NCBI GenBank assembly: GCA_023213395.1
Contig: CM041465.1
Coordinates: 200,329,741-200,393,740, forward strand
Length of the DNA stretch: 64,000 nt
Origin: Cycas panzhihuaensis
Lineage: Eukaryota; Plantae; Cycadophyta
Direction of reading: 5' to 3'
How positions within the stretch are numbered: position 1 is the stretch's first letter; each line of letters opens with the position of its first letter. Below the pieces are notes generated by a model. The model saw nothing but the letters and a program-made list of their open reading frames with translations. It was not told where the DNA came from and made no database searches. A program made the translations under genes and the position numbers. This document shows positions 27,601 to 40,652 of this stretch, in pieces.

Positions 27601-30600
27601 CCAATAGAGCTTCATCATTTTTAAAGAAATATACCCCATAGATAGTCTTACTGAGTAGGGGTTGGGAAGTGAGGATGGGGGACGACACACCTGTAGAAAT
27701 CATTTATCTAGTCAACATAGCAAGGGGACTCTTTTGAAGAACTGGAGTATGCCTCTTATGATATTGTATCCCATCTCATGAAGGAAAATATTGGCTAGGT
27801 TTAGGATCATAAATGATGGACCTATTATGAGAGAAGAGAGACTTGACATCCTCAACATTTTCAGAGGATAATGAGGGTTAAGGAGCTCTCGTAGTAGAAT
27901 ATTGATGAGTAGGTTATGATTCCATAAATTTTAGCAAGATGATAGTGTGTGGGCACCAAGATGAAATAGGAGGAGGCTCTACTAAGTCAACCAATTGAAG
28001 GTCCTCCATCCCCACATGGGTCCTACACTGTGACATACGACATATGAAGGGAAAAGGAGGATGCCTCTTTGTATATTAAGAAGAGGGATTTAATGGGAGG
28101 ATTCCTTATAATCATTGTCAGACTCTTGGTTACTTAAGATGGCTAAATATCCATATCTCCCTACATCAATGGGGGTAAAATAAATCAAATGTGATTGAGA
28201 GGGATACACATACCTCTCTCTTCCTAGAGGTTTTTAATATCAACAAAATTGGAAAGCGAGAGGTTGGACAAATCCTTATCCTCATCAGTTATCTTGAAGA
28301 TTATTTGGCATGGTTAATGTGGTGGTCAGCTAGGAGGGGGTTCTTGAGAAATGAACTTTATTTGCCCTTCATAAGCAAACTTGAGTTGCCCCCACCTAGA
28401 AGATCAAATAGCTCCCATTTAGTCCAGCCATGGGCATCCTAATAAGAAGTTATAGTCCATGCCAATATCAAGGACCATAATATCCATTTGTATTATTTTA
28501 TCTTCTAAGGTGAGTAGGAGTGTTACTATTCCTAGGGGTGCTTTCCTTCTACCATCATAGCCTTGACACCTCCATAGGACTGGTTTAAGGGCCACTATAC
28601 CTAGCTTTTCCACCATGCATATGGGCATGGCATTGACCAAAGATCTATTTTCTATAATGATCATCCTCAATGTGAAATCTAGGGTATAGATAGTAATAGT
28701 GAAGGGGTAATGCCACTGGTACTCCATTTAACTAGTAGAAGGAAGGTCCCTCAGGTTAAAAGCGATAATGGATAACCCACTAGAGGTGGTACCCATAGAA
28801 TGGATGGGGACATCCTTTTGGCCAAGGGCCTCTAGGAGAAGAGTTCATTGCTTAGCATAACTCTACAAGATGTTCATCATGGGCATGCTTGTGGACATAA
28901 TATGAAGATCCTCAATGATGGAAAAGGCCTTCCCCTCTTTGGTGGGTTAAGTAAGCACCCTCTAAAAGTCATAATTTCTAGGACAGACTAGAATGGTCTT
29001 TGAGACCACTACAATATCCATAGATGGGTTATTTATAGGAGGCTCTTGTTACAAAATAGAGGCTTCACCAACATCTCTTACAACTTGAGACCATGTGATG
29101 GGGTATACATGGGTTGTCTCAAGTATCTGGATCACCCTCTTCCCTTTGTTTTTAGTTTGAGAGGATGAGGGGTATTGTAGCCTTGGACTTACTAGAGGAT
29201 ATGGATTTCTTGGCCCCTTTCCTTTTACTTGATCAGAGGAAGGGGTAAGGAATCATCTCCTATTTCACACCCTCCTACCTTGGGTGGGTTGATCTTATTC
29301 CCCATGGTTTGGGAAAAGAACTTAGTGAATAGTTTATTCTAAGTTGGGCTTAGAATCTCTTTAAGAAGAGGAATCACAGTGTGGCATAAGTTCATGCTAT
29401 TACAATCAATATTAAGAATTCTTATGCAGGCATTCTCCATATACAGAACACCACTTCTTCTTAAAAAGGGGTTTTACCTTCCTCCCTTGAGAAGTCTAGG
29501 TACTTCCACCCTTAGATGGTAAGGTTTATGATGATTAGCACATGGGTCGATGTGATTTCAAGGAGGTTTAATTTAGTTGAAGTTTCAACTCTCACAAAGT
29601 CATAGTTAAGTTCATTATGGCCTACTTTTAGTGATAAAAGGGCTTTGACCCTACTATCAAAGGGTCTAACCACATCAAAGTAGTTGATGAACTTGTCAAC
29701 TAACTATTAGAAAGTAAAAATAGAATGAGTGGGTAGTTAATAAAACCATTTCAATGCATCTCCTTAAAAGAATCTTAGGAATAGTTTCATCAGAATATGG
29801 TCATAGGCCTACTAATCAATACACACCATGGAAAATCCCCTGACATGCTCGATTGGGACCTATGAAGAAGTACAATCAAATTTAGGTACTTTAAGAGGAT
29901 GAGGTGGTAAGTTGGTCCTAAGGGCTTCAATGGATAGGGGGGTTGAATGGTAGTCAATGGAGGGGCAGACCCCTAGTTGAGCTAGCAGATCAATATGGGA
30001 AGAAGAAGGAGATGGATATAAATACCTACTTCTATCATGTAAGAGGTAACATGGATAATCATAAGGAGGATGTGAGTTTCCCTCTAATTGATAAGAAGGG
30101 GCCTCTCCCATATGGGGATGTATCATATGAGGGGATGGGTGAGAAGGCCTCAACCTACCATGAGGGCACACCACATACTTAGCAGAAAAATATGGGTATA
30201 TCCCTAAAGGGGTAGATGCATAGGAATGTGGGATGTGAGGGAGAGCAGGTCCCCTTTATGGAGCAGCTACATATGAAGTAGTATATGTCATTAGTGGCAT
30301 AGGTTAGGGGACTAAGTTTTGCCCGTAAGGTCCCCCTATAGGAGGTGCAACCCCATATAGGTGGAGTGGGTCTACCCCTAAGTAGGAAGGGGGTTTGGTC
30401 CCCCATGCTCCCAAGGCTACGATGTATATCCCAGGGGCACATAGAGTGAAGTGTCAATAGGTTGTGTACAAGGATGAGTAGGAACATATCCCCCATGTCC
30501 TGAATCATGGGAATGTAAAGGTACCATAGGCAGGACTAAAGCGATATAAGTAATGATTGTTTATGGTATAGGTATTTACAAATGATATATGCTTAACCCT

Positions 30601-33600
30601 ATTTAAGAGGTTGGCATAGTGGAGGACATCCCTTAAGTCACAGAAGCACTCATAGGTACAAGAACCATAAGAGTGGGTTCTAAAGGTGAAGAGGATATGA
30701 GTTGAGATGATGTAGGGGGAATAATGGTGGAAGAAGAGGGTGTCGAGCTTTGAAGGAAGCACTCCAACCACTTAGGAGGTGGTTGAGCCCTTACGGCTTC
30801 AAAGCATTACCTCAATGCTTCCATTACATCTCCTAGAAGAGTGCCTACTTAGTCATACAAGGTGGAGGGTTCCTCATAATGATAAGAACTCATATGATGA
30901 CCTATAAGAGTCTTCTCACTAGAGTGAGATGGTTCTATAGGAAAAGGTCCTCATATGACATGCATAGGAAAAGTGGGAAGGTCTAATGCACTTTTGGTTA
31001 CTCATCTGAGTAATAGGTTGGATCATCGCTCCCTTGAGTAGGATCTTGATGGGGAATAATAAGTCTTAGAGTGGGGCCAATCAAAAGTAAAAGAATAGTA
31101 AGCCCAATCTAATAGGTGTCCCTATATGGGTAACCCTAGATTAGATGCAGCAATGGAAGAGTAATAGGGCTCTACTTCCATAGAGAGGAGGTTGCGTGAG
31201 CAATAAGAGAAGCATCACATTCATGTCTCAACCAAAGGAACTTGAAAGCAAGAAGATTAATCTAAAAAAGACATTTTGGGATAATACAATACCCTAACAC
31301 AACCTTATAAGGAGAGAAGGGACTAATGCCAAACTATCAAAAGAGTCTTAAGGTGTCCTTACAAGTGAGTCCCCATTATAGTTGCCAGTGGAGATACGCA
31401 TGTGAGGGGATAAGAAACAACTATACACCTATGCATGATAGAATTAGTGTGCGAAAGTAGAAAGGGATGTGATATGCCTCCTATTCATCCATTAAGGGAA
31501 TCCATGCACCACTTGGGCATGGATTTGGCACTCATGTGGCGCGTGTTCTCTTCTCTGCATATAAAGTTTTAGATTTGGTAGTTACGTAGATGCAGTTGGT
31601 ATGTAGATTTATGAGTTATGGATGGCTTAGCCCTCTCAGGTTACCGAGTTACTTAAGTGGGTTCCTTTTATCCTTATATAGAGAAAGGGAAAAAGGTTCC
31701 CTCATGGGGTGAGGATATGATGGGAAAGGTAAGTGAAAAGAGGAATAAAAGTTTAAATTATTTTTCTTGTCTAATTTTTGTATATATGAAGTGATGGTGT
31801 GCTTCTCTTAGGGTTTCCTATTAATGTGGTTTTATTTGTATGCATGTTGTAAAAAAAAGACAATGACTAAGGAATGCAATAAACAAATAGTGTATTAAAT
31901 ATATTAAGCCTCGTTCTCATTTCTTTTTCTTTTCTCTCATATCTCAAAAGAGTTATGGAATCATATGCTAATTAAAAAAAGAGATATTGATGCATATGAT
32001 AGATAGAACAAGGAGAATGGAGAGTAGATACCCTTTTCTACATGCAGTGTAATGTTCCCCAATATGGCTTTTATAAAAAAAAAAAAACTTTTCCTTTAAA
32101 TTAATCCTTCTTCCTACATGCAACAAAAGATGTCTCTTAAAAACCTTTATCTATTTTCTTTTAATGATTATGCAACCAATGGAAACTAACCATAAAAGGA
32201 TGGAAGAGAAGTTTGTTGCAATGAGGGAGTTAAAGGTAATAGTTTCAACAAAGAGTAAAATAACATATAAGGAGAATAAGGTTTTATAAACATGCACCCA
32301 GTTCATGACATTTGGAGATGTTCCCTCCCTTAGTCCTCCTTGATTTCCCTTTGCTTTAATCACAAGCTCCTTTGTAATGCAAGAGGTGTAGGATGAAAAG
32401 GGATCCACTTACCTCACCCAAACGTAACTAGAAATGATGTGTAAATAAAAGAGAAGTAAAGAAACCAAAGAACATGCTAAAATATAAATGGAGCTTACCT
32501 TGAGGGATGTAATTTACCTCTATGTCCTTCAAGCTATTTTGGAGGGGCTTGCTCTCCACCTTGCATATATATTAGAAAACTACCCACAAGAAATATTTGC
32601 TATATATATGTCATAATCTACCTTCTACACACAGATAAGAAGAATATAAGCACTACACTTGAGTGCTAAAGATAAGGAAAAGAGGTGAGGGGTGCTTCAA
32701 GATGGAAGTAGCCTCCCTAATGAAGGTGGTTTTCTTGATGAAGCCAAAGGAAACCTTTGAATCCCTACAACTTAGGCAAAAAATAAATAAAAGTGACGTG
32801 GAACACAATAGTCATGGGGATTCCAAATGGTTAATATCATATAATCATAGTAAAATATGCCATCATGGCCAATATTGGAGTGTAAGGTATATGCACCAAG
32901 GAGATATAGCACCATATAGCTTGTAAGGGGATTACCCAAAAAGTTAGGGGTACAATAGTTGATTGTTACTACTATAATCTTCCTTAGACTTCCTGAAGCT
33001 ATTGGTGTATCCTGCCAATTGCTCCTCTAATGAAATGATAATAGTTATACGGTATCTTTTACCTAATTAAGTGAGTCTCTCTGATGTTTTAAGGAAGCGA
33101 GTACAAAAATGGTTGTGATCCACAATATTGAAGCTTAAGAATGAGAAAAATAGAGCTAAGTTGCTAAGATCTAAGCCAAATATAAAAGTTCCCATTGAAT
33201 ACAATCAAGAATATCCTTGGAGCTTACCCATCCAACATGAAAATGATTGTAATTTAGATTAAATTCCTAGAAGAATCTCAATTCTAACTTTTAAGAGAGT
33301 AAATTTTTTCAAAATTCAAGAAAATAAGGAGAGGAATAAGAGGAAGGCCTTTCAAATTGAGGAGTTTTATATCTAGAATTCATGTATTAGGTTGGTGGTT
33401 TCATGTATGAAACCACCCCCCTAAAAACCATGGATTGCCATGGTTTGATTTGAAAAACCCTACTCTAATTCAAACAAAAGTGGTAACTTGATTAATTAGT
33501 AAGATTCCCTGGACCATTGTACACCCATCTTGGCTTTCCATGGTGCACAAGCACTGATAGAGGAGCATTAATAGTAAAATTTAAATATTGTTGGTTGTGA

Positions 33601-34115
33601 GCGATCAGATTTTACAATTGCATCACAAAGTTATTTGTGGTACCATAAATACATCTACAATACCATAAAATACTCTATATAATATAAGTAACAATTAGAG
33701 TGGTATAGTAACAGTATATCAAAAATTGACTATAGAACTACAAGCTTCCACTTCAGACACCTACAAACTAGTCTTAAGGTCTCTAAGTGAATAATAACAT
33801 ATAGTTGAAGAAAAAGAATGAAGTGAAACAAGTAGAAATGAGCCAAAATCTAATAAGGATGAAATTGCAGGTAATCTAGAAGGGTCGTCTTACTAATTAT
33901 TAGGCCATGATTGGGGGTTTTGAGGCCATTGGACTAGTGTCCTAGTCATCATTAGCATAAAAGAGAAATAGGTAAGCCAAGCAAGTGTTAAGCATGCATT
34001 TCATTAGCACCCAAGATCCAACAATGTAACTGTAAAGCTATGAGTGGGGAAGAGATACGTGCCTTCACTTACCTATGGGTTTCCATCTCCCAATCTATTC
34101 TTGGTAGCTAGGAAA
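24687..34115 (-). mobile_element. Tat/Ogre-like gypsy element copy B: partial 5' LTR, leader, gag, PR, RT, RH, INT (probably extends left to include the PMD gene)
   Basis: INT C-terminus KFGPRWVCPF (24687-24935). RT YPRWVSNIVPITKKNGAIKICVDFR...LMDGFSSYN (26936-27178). PR IIENRSLVN...YNFLLGCPWLD (28419-28727). Pro-rich gag to ~31535. Leader and LTR are homologous to 5500-8390. Confidence 0.92.
33365..33446 (-). promoter_or_regulatory. Putative LTR promoter: two palindromes upstream of a TATA box
   Basis: aaaccatgg-attg-ccatggttt (33425-33446) and ggtggtttcat-gt-atgaaaccacc (33394-33417). TATAAAA on the minus strand at ~33365-33371. The same layout occurs at 63589-63683. Confidence 0.55.
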
Positions 34116-37100
34116 CGAGATCCAATTAGGTCTTAAAAAACTTCCTAGGTAATAACAATGCTATGAGGTAACTCTTCTACCACATGACCAAAAGGGTTAG
34201 TAGTAGGCTTTAAGGCCTCCTACTAGTATGATCAATAGGACCTTTGACCTCCTTACTTCTATCATACATTCCTTTGAATGTATGGTTAGGGATTTGAAGC
34301 TCCAACCAACTCAAACTTCTTTAGAACTACATTGAACCATGCACCAAACTTCCTAAACTTTTCTACCTAAAGGTGGAAGCACCCAAACTTCTCAAGGGAG
34401 GAAGGCAAGACCCCCTCCCAAAAAGAAGTGGTGTTCTATGCATGGGGAGTGCTTGCATGAGGATTCACATTGTTGGTCATGATACCTTAAGATTATGCCA
34501 TGCCATGAATCCTCTCCTTGAAGTGCTTCTAAACCCAACCTAGAGTAGCCTATTCATCAAGACCCTTTTCCCAACCATGGTGAATAGTATCAACCTACAC
34601 AAAATAGGAGAGTAAGAAATAGAAGATGATATACTACCCCTTCTTTTGACTAAGCAAAGGGGAAGGGTCCAAGGGATCCATCCCCTTTGTTGAGTCCAAG
34701 GTCCCAATTCGCTTCATCCTCTCAACCTAAGAACAAAGGTAAGAGAGTGATCTAAATACTTGATACAACTCAAGTGTGCCCTGTTATACATTCTCAAGCT
34801 ACAAAGGAGGCCGATGAAGCCCCCACTTTACAATAAAACCATCCCATAGGTAACCCACCTATGAAGATTCCTATGGTCTCAAAGACCATTCTTGTCTATC
34901 TTGGGTATTATGATTTTTGAAGAGCACTTTCTCAACACACCAAAAAGGGGAAGGCCTTCTCCATTATCAAAGAGCTTCACACAGTATTTCCAGGTATGTC
35001 CATAATAGATGTCCTACAGAGTTGCCTCGAGTAATAGGCTCTTCTCCTAGAGGCCCTTGGCCAAAAGGATGCTCCTATCTATTATGTGGACATGACCTCT
35101 TGTGGGTCACCCATCATTTCTTTTGACCCAAGGGACATTCCTTCCACTAGTGAGAGGAAGTGCCATTAGCACTACCCCTTCACCATCACTATCAATCCTC
35201 TTGAGTTCACATTGAAGAGGACCATTATAGATAATGACTCTTCAGTGAACACCATGCCTATATGCATGGTAGAGAAGCTAGTTATAGAGGCCATCGAAGT
35301 AGTCTCATGCAGATGCTAAGGCCATGATAGTAGTGAGAAGGCACCCCTAGGAATGGTAACACTCCCACTCATTCTAAAAGATAAAATGATGTGAATTGAT
35401 ATTATGGTTCTTAACATTGATGTGGACTATAACCTCTTGTTGGGTTGCCCATGGCTTCACTAAATGGGAGTCATTTGCTCTTCTAGGTGGGGACAACTCA
35501 AGTTTGCTCATGGAGGGCAAATAAAGGTTGTCACCAAAGAGGCCCCTCCTAGCTGATCATCCCATCAACCATGCCAAGCAATCTTGGGGGTAGCCAATGA
35601 GGATGAAGACCCATCTGACCCATCAATTGTTGCTTTCTTTGATATTAAATACCCCTAGGAAGGGGAGGATGCACCTCTATCATGACCAAATCTGGTTCAT
35701 TTTACTCCTATCAACATAGGGATCTACATGTATTTAGTTGTCTTAAGTGGCCATGAGCGTGATGATGACTATGAAGAATTGCCTCATCAAATCTCCCTTA
35801 GCACGCAAAGGGGACGTGCCCCTCATCCCTTAGTACATCTCATATTCTAATGTGGGACTTGTGTGGGGTCAAATGAATATTACTTAGCTATGATGATTGG
35901 GCCTTCTTCTACTTCATCCCAACAACCACATGCTATTAACATACTAACGTACATGGACCCGCAACCCACCTATAAGAATTCTACTTTAGGAGCCCCTTAA
36001 CCCTTGTCATCCTTTGAAGACAATGAGGATGTTGAGTTCCTTTTTTCTCATGATGGGTCTATCATTTATGATCCCAACCCTAGCTATCATTTCCCCCCTC
36101 AAGTAAGGATACAATATCATAGGAGGGTGTACTTTAACTCTTCAGAAGAGTCCTCCCACTATTATGCCTGGCTAGTTATTTGCTATGTCCACTCCCCTTT
36201 ACTTACTTCCTAACCTTCTATTGATAACGCTGTCCATGGGATAGATTACTTTGAGAATGATGAGATCTTAGTAGAACACTTAGTGAGGGCTACACCCAAT
36301 TTACCTTCTAGAGACTACAAGCTTAGTTTTGGAAGTGTTTGGCTATTGGATCATCCCTAGCTAAGCATAATCAACCAACAACTCCTCCTCATCCACTTGT
36401 TAACCAAGCCCCCTTCCACTTTGATGAAGGGAATGCCATGTGCATAAGGGTAACCAAGAACATCATACTTGTCTTTGATAAGGTCATAAAGGTTGGAATG
36501 GAATAATCTCCTCAAGAAATAAATGTATATACCAAGTTATTTCAAGAGTTTTATGATGTCTTCGCATGGGACTATTCATATATAAGGGGAATAGACCCTA
36601 ATGTCATTACTTATAACCTTACCATTATCCCAAGTGCTCGCACCGTGAGACAAAATCAATGTTTGGTACACTCAAAACTATTAGCTACATTGAAAATGGA
36701 AGTTGAAAAGTTGCTAGATATAGGCCTCATCCCTTCCATTGACTACCCTAGATGGGTCTATAGCATTGTACCCATCACTAAGAAGAATGGAACCATTAGA
36801 ATTTATGTTGACTTTAGAGACATCAACAATGTATATTTTACAGATAACGTTTCCCTTTTTTTCATCAATTAAATCATTAATCATACCATTAGTTTTGAAG
36901 TTATGTCCTTAATGGATGGCTTCTCTAGCTACAACCAAATCTAGATATCTCCCCAAGACCACCACAAAATGACCTTCACCACTCCTTGAGGAACATTTAC
37001 TTATAAAGCCATGCCCTTGAATTTGAAGAATATCAGCACTACCTACTAAAGGGCTATGCAATTTATATTCTATGACCTCGTTAGTAGGATTCTTAAGGTC

Positions 37101-38295
37101 TTCATGGATGATATGATGGGCCTTTTCTAAAAAAAGGCTAATCACCTTGAGGACCTTAGGGCCATTTTTATGAGGTGTCGCAAATACCATGTTAGCTTAA
37201 ATCTACTTAAGTGTATCTTTACAGTGACAACTAGTAAAGTCTTAGGGTTCCTTGTTTTCTAAGTTGACTTTGATAAGGTCAAAGTAATAGTCAAGATGCC
37301 TTCCCCAAGAATACAATGGAAAGTTAAGTCATTCTTGGGGAGATTAGGTTTATTGAGGCATTTCTTAGTAGATTTTTCTATTAATGCCAAACCTTTAACC
37401 AACCTACTTAAGAAACGGACCCCTTTTGTTTGGTCCCCTAGGGCCTAAGAGGCCTTCTAGAAGGTAAAACCATCCCTTGTATTAGCTCCTATCTTGGTCT
37501 ATCCTCTTTTTGACTGCTCTTTTATTCTATATACTTCAATGACTAATGAATCTCTAAGGGCCATGTTAGCACAGGACGATGACTCCAAAACTAAGAGGGC
37601 CATCTATTTTATTAGTTGTACCTTAGTGGTAGTAGAGTTAAACTACCTATCGACTAAGAAAGAATTCTTGGTGCTAGTTTACACTACTAAAAGATTTAGG
37701 CATTCTCTCTTGGGAAATACCACTTATGTGATTGTCCAATCTAATCTCTTGAGATACCTTATGACATAATCTAACTCGATGGGAAGGACTAGCAAGTGGG
37801 CTATCCTCCTTTAAGAGTATAATATAAAAATTATCAACTAAAAATCGAAGAAAGGCATGGTAGTCATAGAACAACTAGCACATGCTCCCATACTAAACTC
37901 ACTTAGGGTTCTAGTTGATGATTCCTTGCCCGACAAACCTATTTTAGCTCTTCAGTAAACCAATGGCCATCCATTAGTTAACAATAAATGATATAGTGAT
38001 ATAATTAACTACCTAACCCAACAAGAATATCCAGTTAATGCCAGTAACAAGGTCAAGTTGGGCATGAGGGTGTCCACTCAACAATACATCCTCATAGAGG
38101 ACATATTGTATAAATGATCATTTGATGACATACTCCTTCATTGTGTTAACCTAGAGGAGACTGACTTAATTCTTTGCAAGTGCCATAATAGCATTTGTAA
38201 ATGCCACTTTGGGGTCTAATTGATGATCCAACAAATCCTATTTATGGGTTATTATTGGCCAACCATATTTAAAGATGCCCATGCCTATGCTTATT
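34116..38295 (+). mobile_element. Tat/Ogre-like gypsy copy C: gag C-half, PR, RT, RH, INT Zn-finger start; both ends truncated
   Basis: TIIDNDSSVNTMP (35221) and YNLLLGCPWLH (~35430). RT YPRWVYSIVPITKKNGTIRIYVDFRD (ORF 36645-36872). Begins abruptly in mid-gag (homologous to the reverse complement of ~3415-3240). Confidence 0.92.
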
Positions 38296-38967
38296 AGATC
38301 TAATTGCTTGGGTCCAATATAGCCTCAATTATGATTGAAACCTATTTAGGATTTAGTAGCTTTTACCCTTGTTGTATCTAAGAGATTCTCTTATAATAAA
38401 AAAACCAAACCACAGTCCTATCCCCTTCTCATATTATAGTCAAAACTAAGTCTTTCACATAGAACTAGATACTTGTAGGCTATTCTTTACATTATACCTA
38501 TATTTATCACTTTGTCTTTGAATTTGTTCCCTATCTATCATATCATTAAGTATATATACTAATGGAGGTAGTTAAGGTAACTCAGGACCATCTACTATCG
38601 CATGGATTATTTGTGATTAAATAGGTAATATATTAAATTTTATTGGTGTGTTCCTACCCAAAGCAACTAATAACAAATCTAAATATATAATTGTTAGAAT
38701 AACCCTAAGTGATATCTTACAATTTCATGAAAAACCTATCAATCTTTTCTCTAATTCCCAAGTTGTAGTCTTTTAACTTATTAGTGTCTATCACATTCAT
38801 TTAGTCTACTTGCATCCCTTTCATGCTTATGCTATGTCATTATTATCTTACTTCTCATCTGTTATAATCTAGCATATTCTACATAGTCAAAATACTAAAG
38901 TTAATACTCTAATATATTATATTCTTAAATACCATCATCTCTAGCCCCATTGCCCTAAGCAGGGGGC

Positions 38968-39167
38968 AACACTCTGTAATGAGTATAAACTAATCAAACA
39001 CTCTATAATGAGATTAAACTAATTGAATACTCTATAATAAGTATAAACTAATTAAACACTCCATAATAAGTATAAATTAACTTAACACTATATAATAAGT
39101 ATAAACTAACTGAACACTCTATAATAAGTATAAACTCGTTAAACACTCCACCATAAGTATAAACTAA
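38968..39167 (+). repeat. 29-bp minisatellite, ~7 copies (AACACTCTATAATAAGTATAAACTAATTA-like)
   Basis: Units start at 38968, 38997, 39026, 39055, 39084, 39113 and 39142. Confidence 0.92.
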
Positions 39168-39479
39168 GGTATAAATAGTATTACAAAAATACAAGAAAAA
39201 TGATAAAAATATTTAAAACATAAAAAGATACAAATGTCTACATTTATATATGCCTAGTATGCTACTCGTTATAAGGGATAATAAGGGGGGGAAAGCTTAG
39301 AGATAATAATGCTCTGCACATATACAACATCCACAAAAAAAATGATATAATGTATATACAACTATCAAAATATATATAATACATGTGTCATAAATATAAT
39401 ATTATGGTCTTGTAGCATCCATGGGTATGTACAAATGCTTATAGATGAGCCTCTATGGTCACATCTCTAGACACATGGA

Positions 39480-40328
39480 GTGGACTCATATCCCCTCTCT
39501 TAATCCTATCTCCCAAGCCATAAGTCATATTTGGTATGGCCATTGAGAGTTACCCTATCCTCCCTCTGCATGATGGGAATAGGTATGGGACCTCTCCCTC
39601 CTATGAGAGCTAGTTTATACTTACTAGATACTCTAGCTAGCAAAGGGAGTAGCATGCCTACTAGCCTAAAGAATGGTCATCTAATGGAGATGTCATCTCT
39701 CATAATCAACAACCTTAAATTACACTTCAAGTCCCCTTATCTCTACCTCTTATACTATTAGTCAAATATCCAGCTTTTGATACATATCTCAAGCCCTAAT
39801 AGCTAGTATGAAATATTAAGTACAAGGACTTAGAAGCTCAAGATCACCATCTTATTAAACCATAGGTTCATTTGGCCCATATAAAAATGATAGGAGATGG
39901 TCAAGGGTCCTCCTCACTAATGAGGCCTCAATAATCGCATCACTTTTAATATAGAGCATGTATTAGTCAATTATCTTTTAAACATATTTAAATCATTAAA
40001 AGTAGAAAATTACTTAAAAAGGAATGGGTGTATAAGTGATAAACAACCTCAATAAACATAAAGTAATCATGTATATATATCTATAGGAGGTAGTATCACT
40101 ACACTAACCCCTAGCTTAGGAATTCTTGTAACTATTTACTCTCCCTCTATTACCTCTATACCTCCCTCCTAGTCCACCTCCATATCATCACTTTTTGGCA
40201 TGATATATACTACTACTAGCATCTCCGTATATCTAGTAGGTTGCTCTCCATCTCTCCCTCCTTACCCTAGAGGAACCACCCATGCTAGTAGGGCATCACC
40301 TACTACCTGACTTACTCACTATCCCACC
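39480..40328 (-). pseudogene. C-terminal (coiled-coil) part of the second PMD gene, separated from its N-terminal part by a copia insertion
   Basis: Contiguous with 46557-47420 via the TSD CCACC. The minus strand reads AIRA*DMYQKLDI*LIV*EVEIRGLEV*FKVVDYERDD near 39690-39805. Confidence 0.55.
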
Positions 40329-40574
40329 GGGTGGAGAGGGAGAAAAAATTAAATAACTCAATATATAATTATTCACATAAAGGAGATAGCATGTAGACTG
40401 GTGGAAAACCCCTTTTGGGGAAGAAAATCTACTTTAGAATAATAATATAATTATATTATTAGCGTGCATGTTACATCAACTTTTATGATGTTGCATTTTC
40501 TCTTTCTTTTACATAATGTGAGAGATGAATATATGTACATTAAACTGGGTAATGGCCAATTCAATGGTTTTTTA

Positions 40575-40583
40575 ATAATAATT

Positions 40584-40620
<37 letters not shown>

Positions 40621-40652
40621 TGATGATAATGATAATAATAATAATAATAATA
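40575..40652. repeat. (AAT)n microsatellite expanded in one LTR
   Basis: Only a short aataataataa run is present in the sister LTR at ~46480. Confidence 0.95.

Noticed and set aside
38968-39167. 29-bp repeats as a CRISPR-like array
   Set aside because: Head-to-tail units with no unique spacers, in a eukaryotic context.
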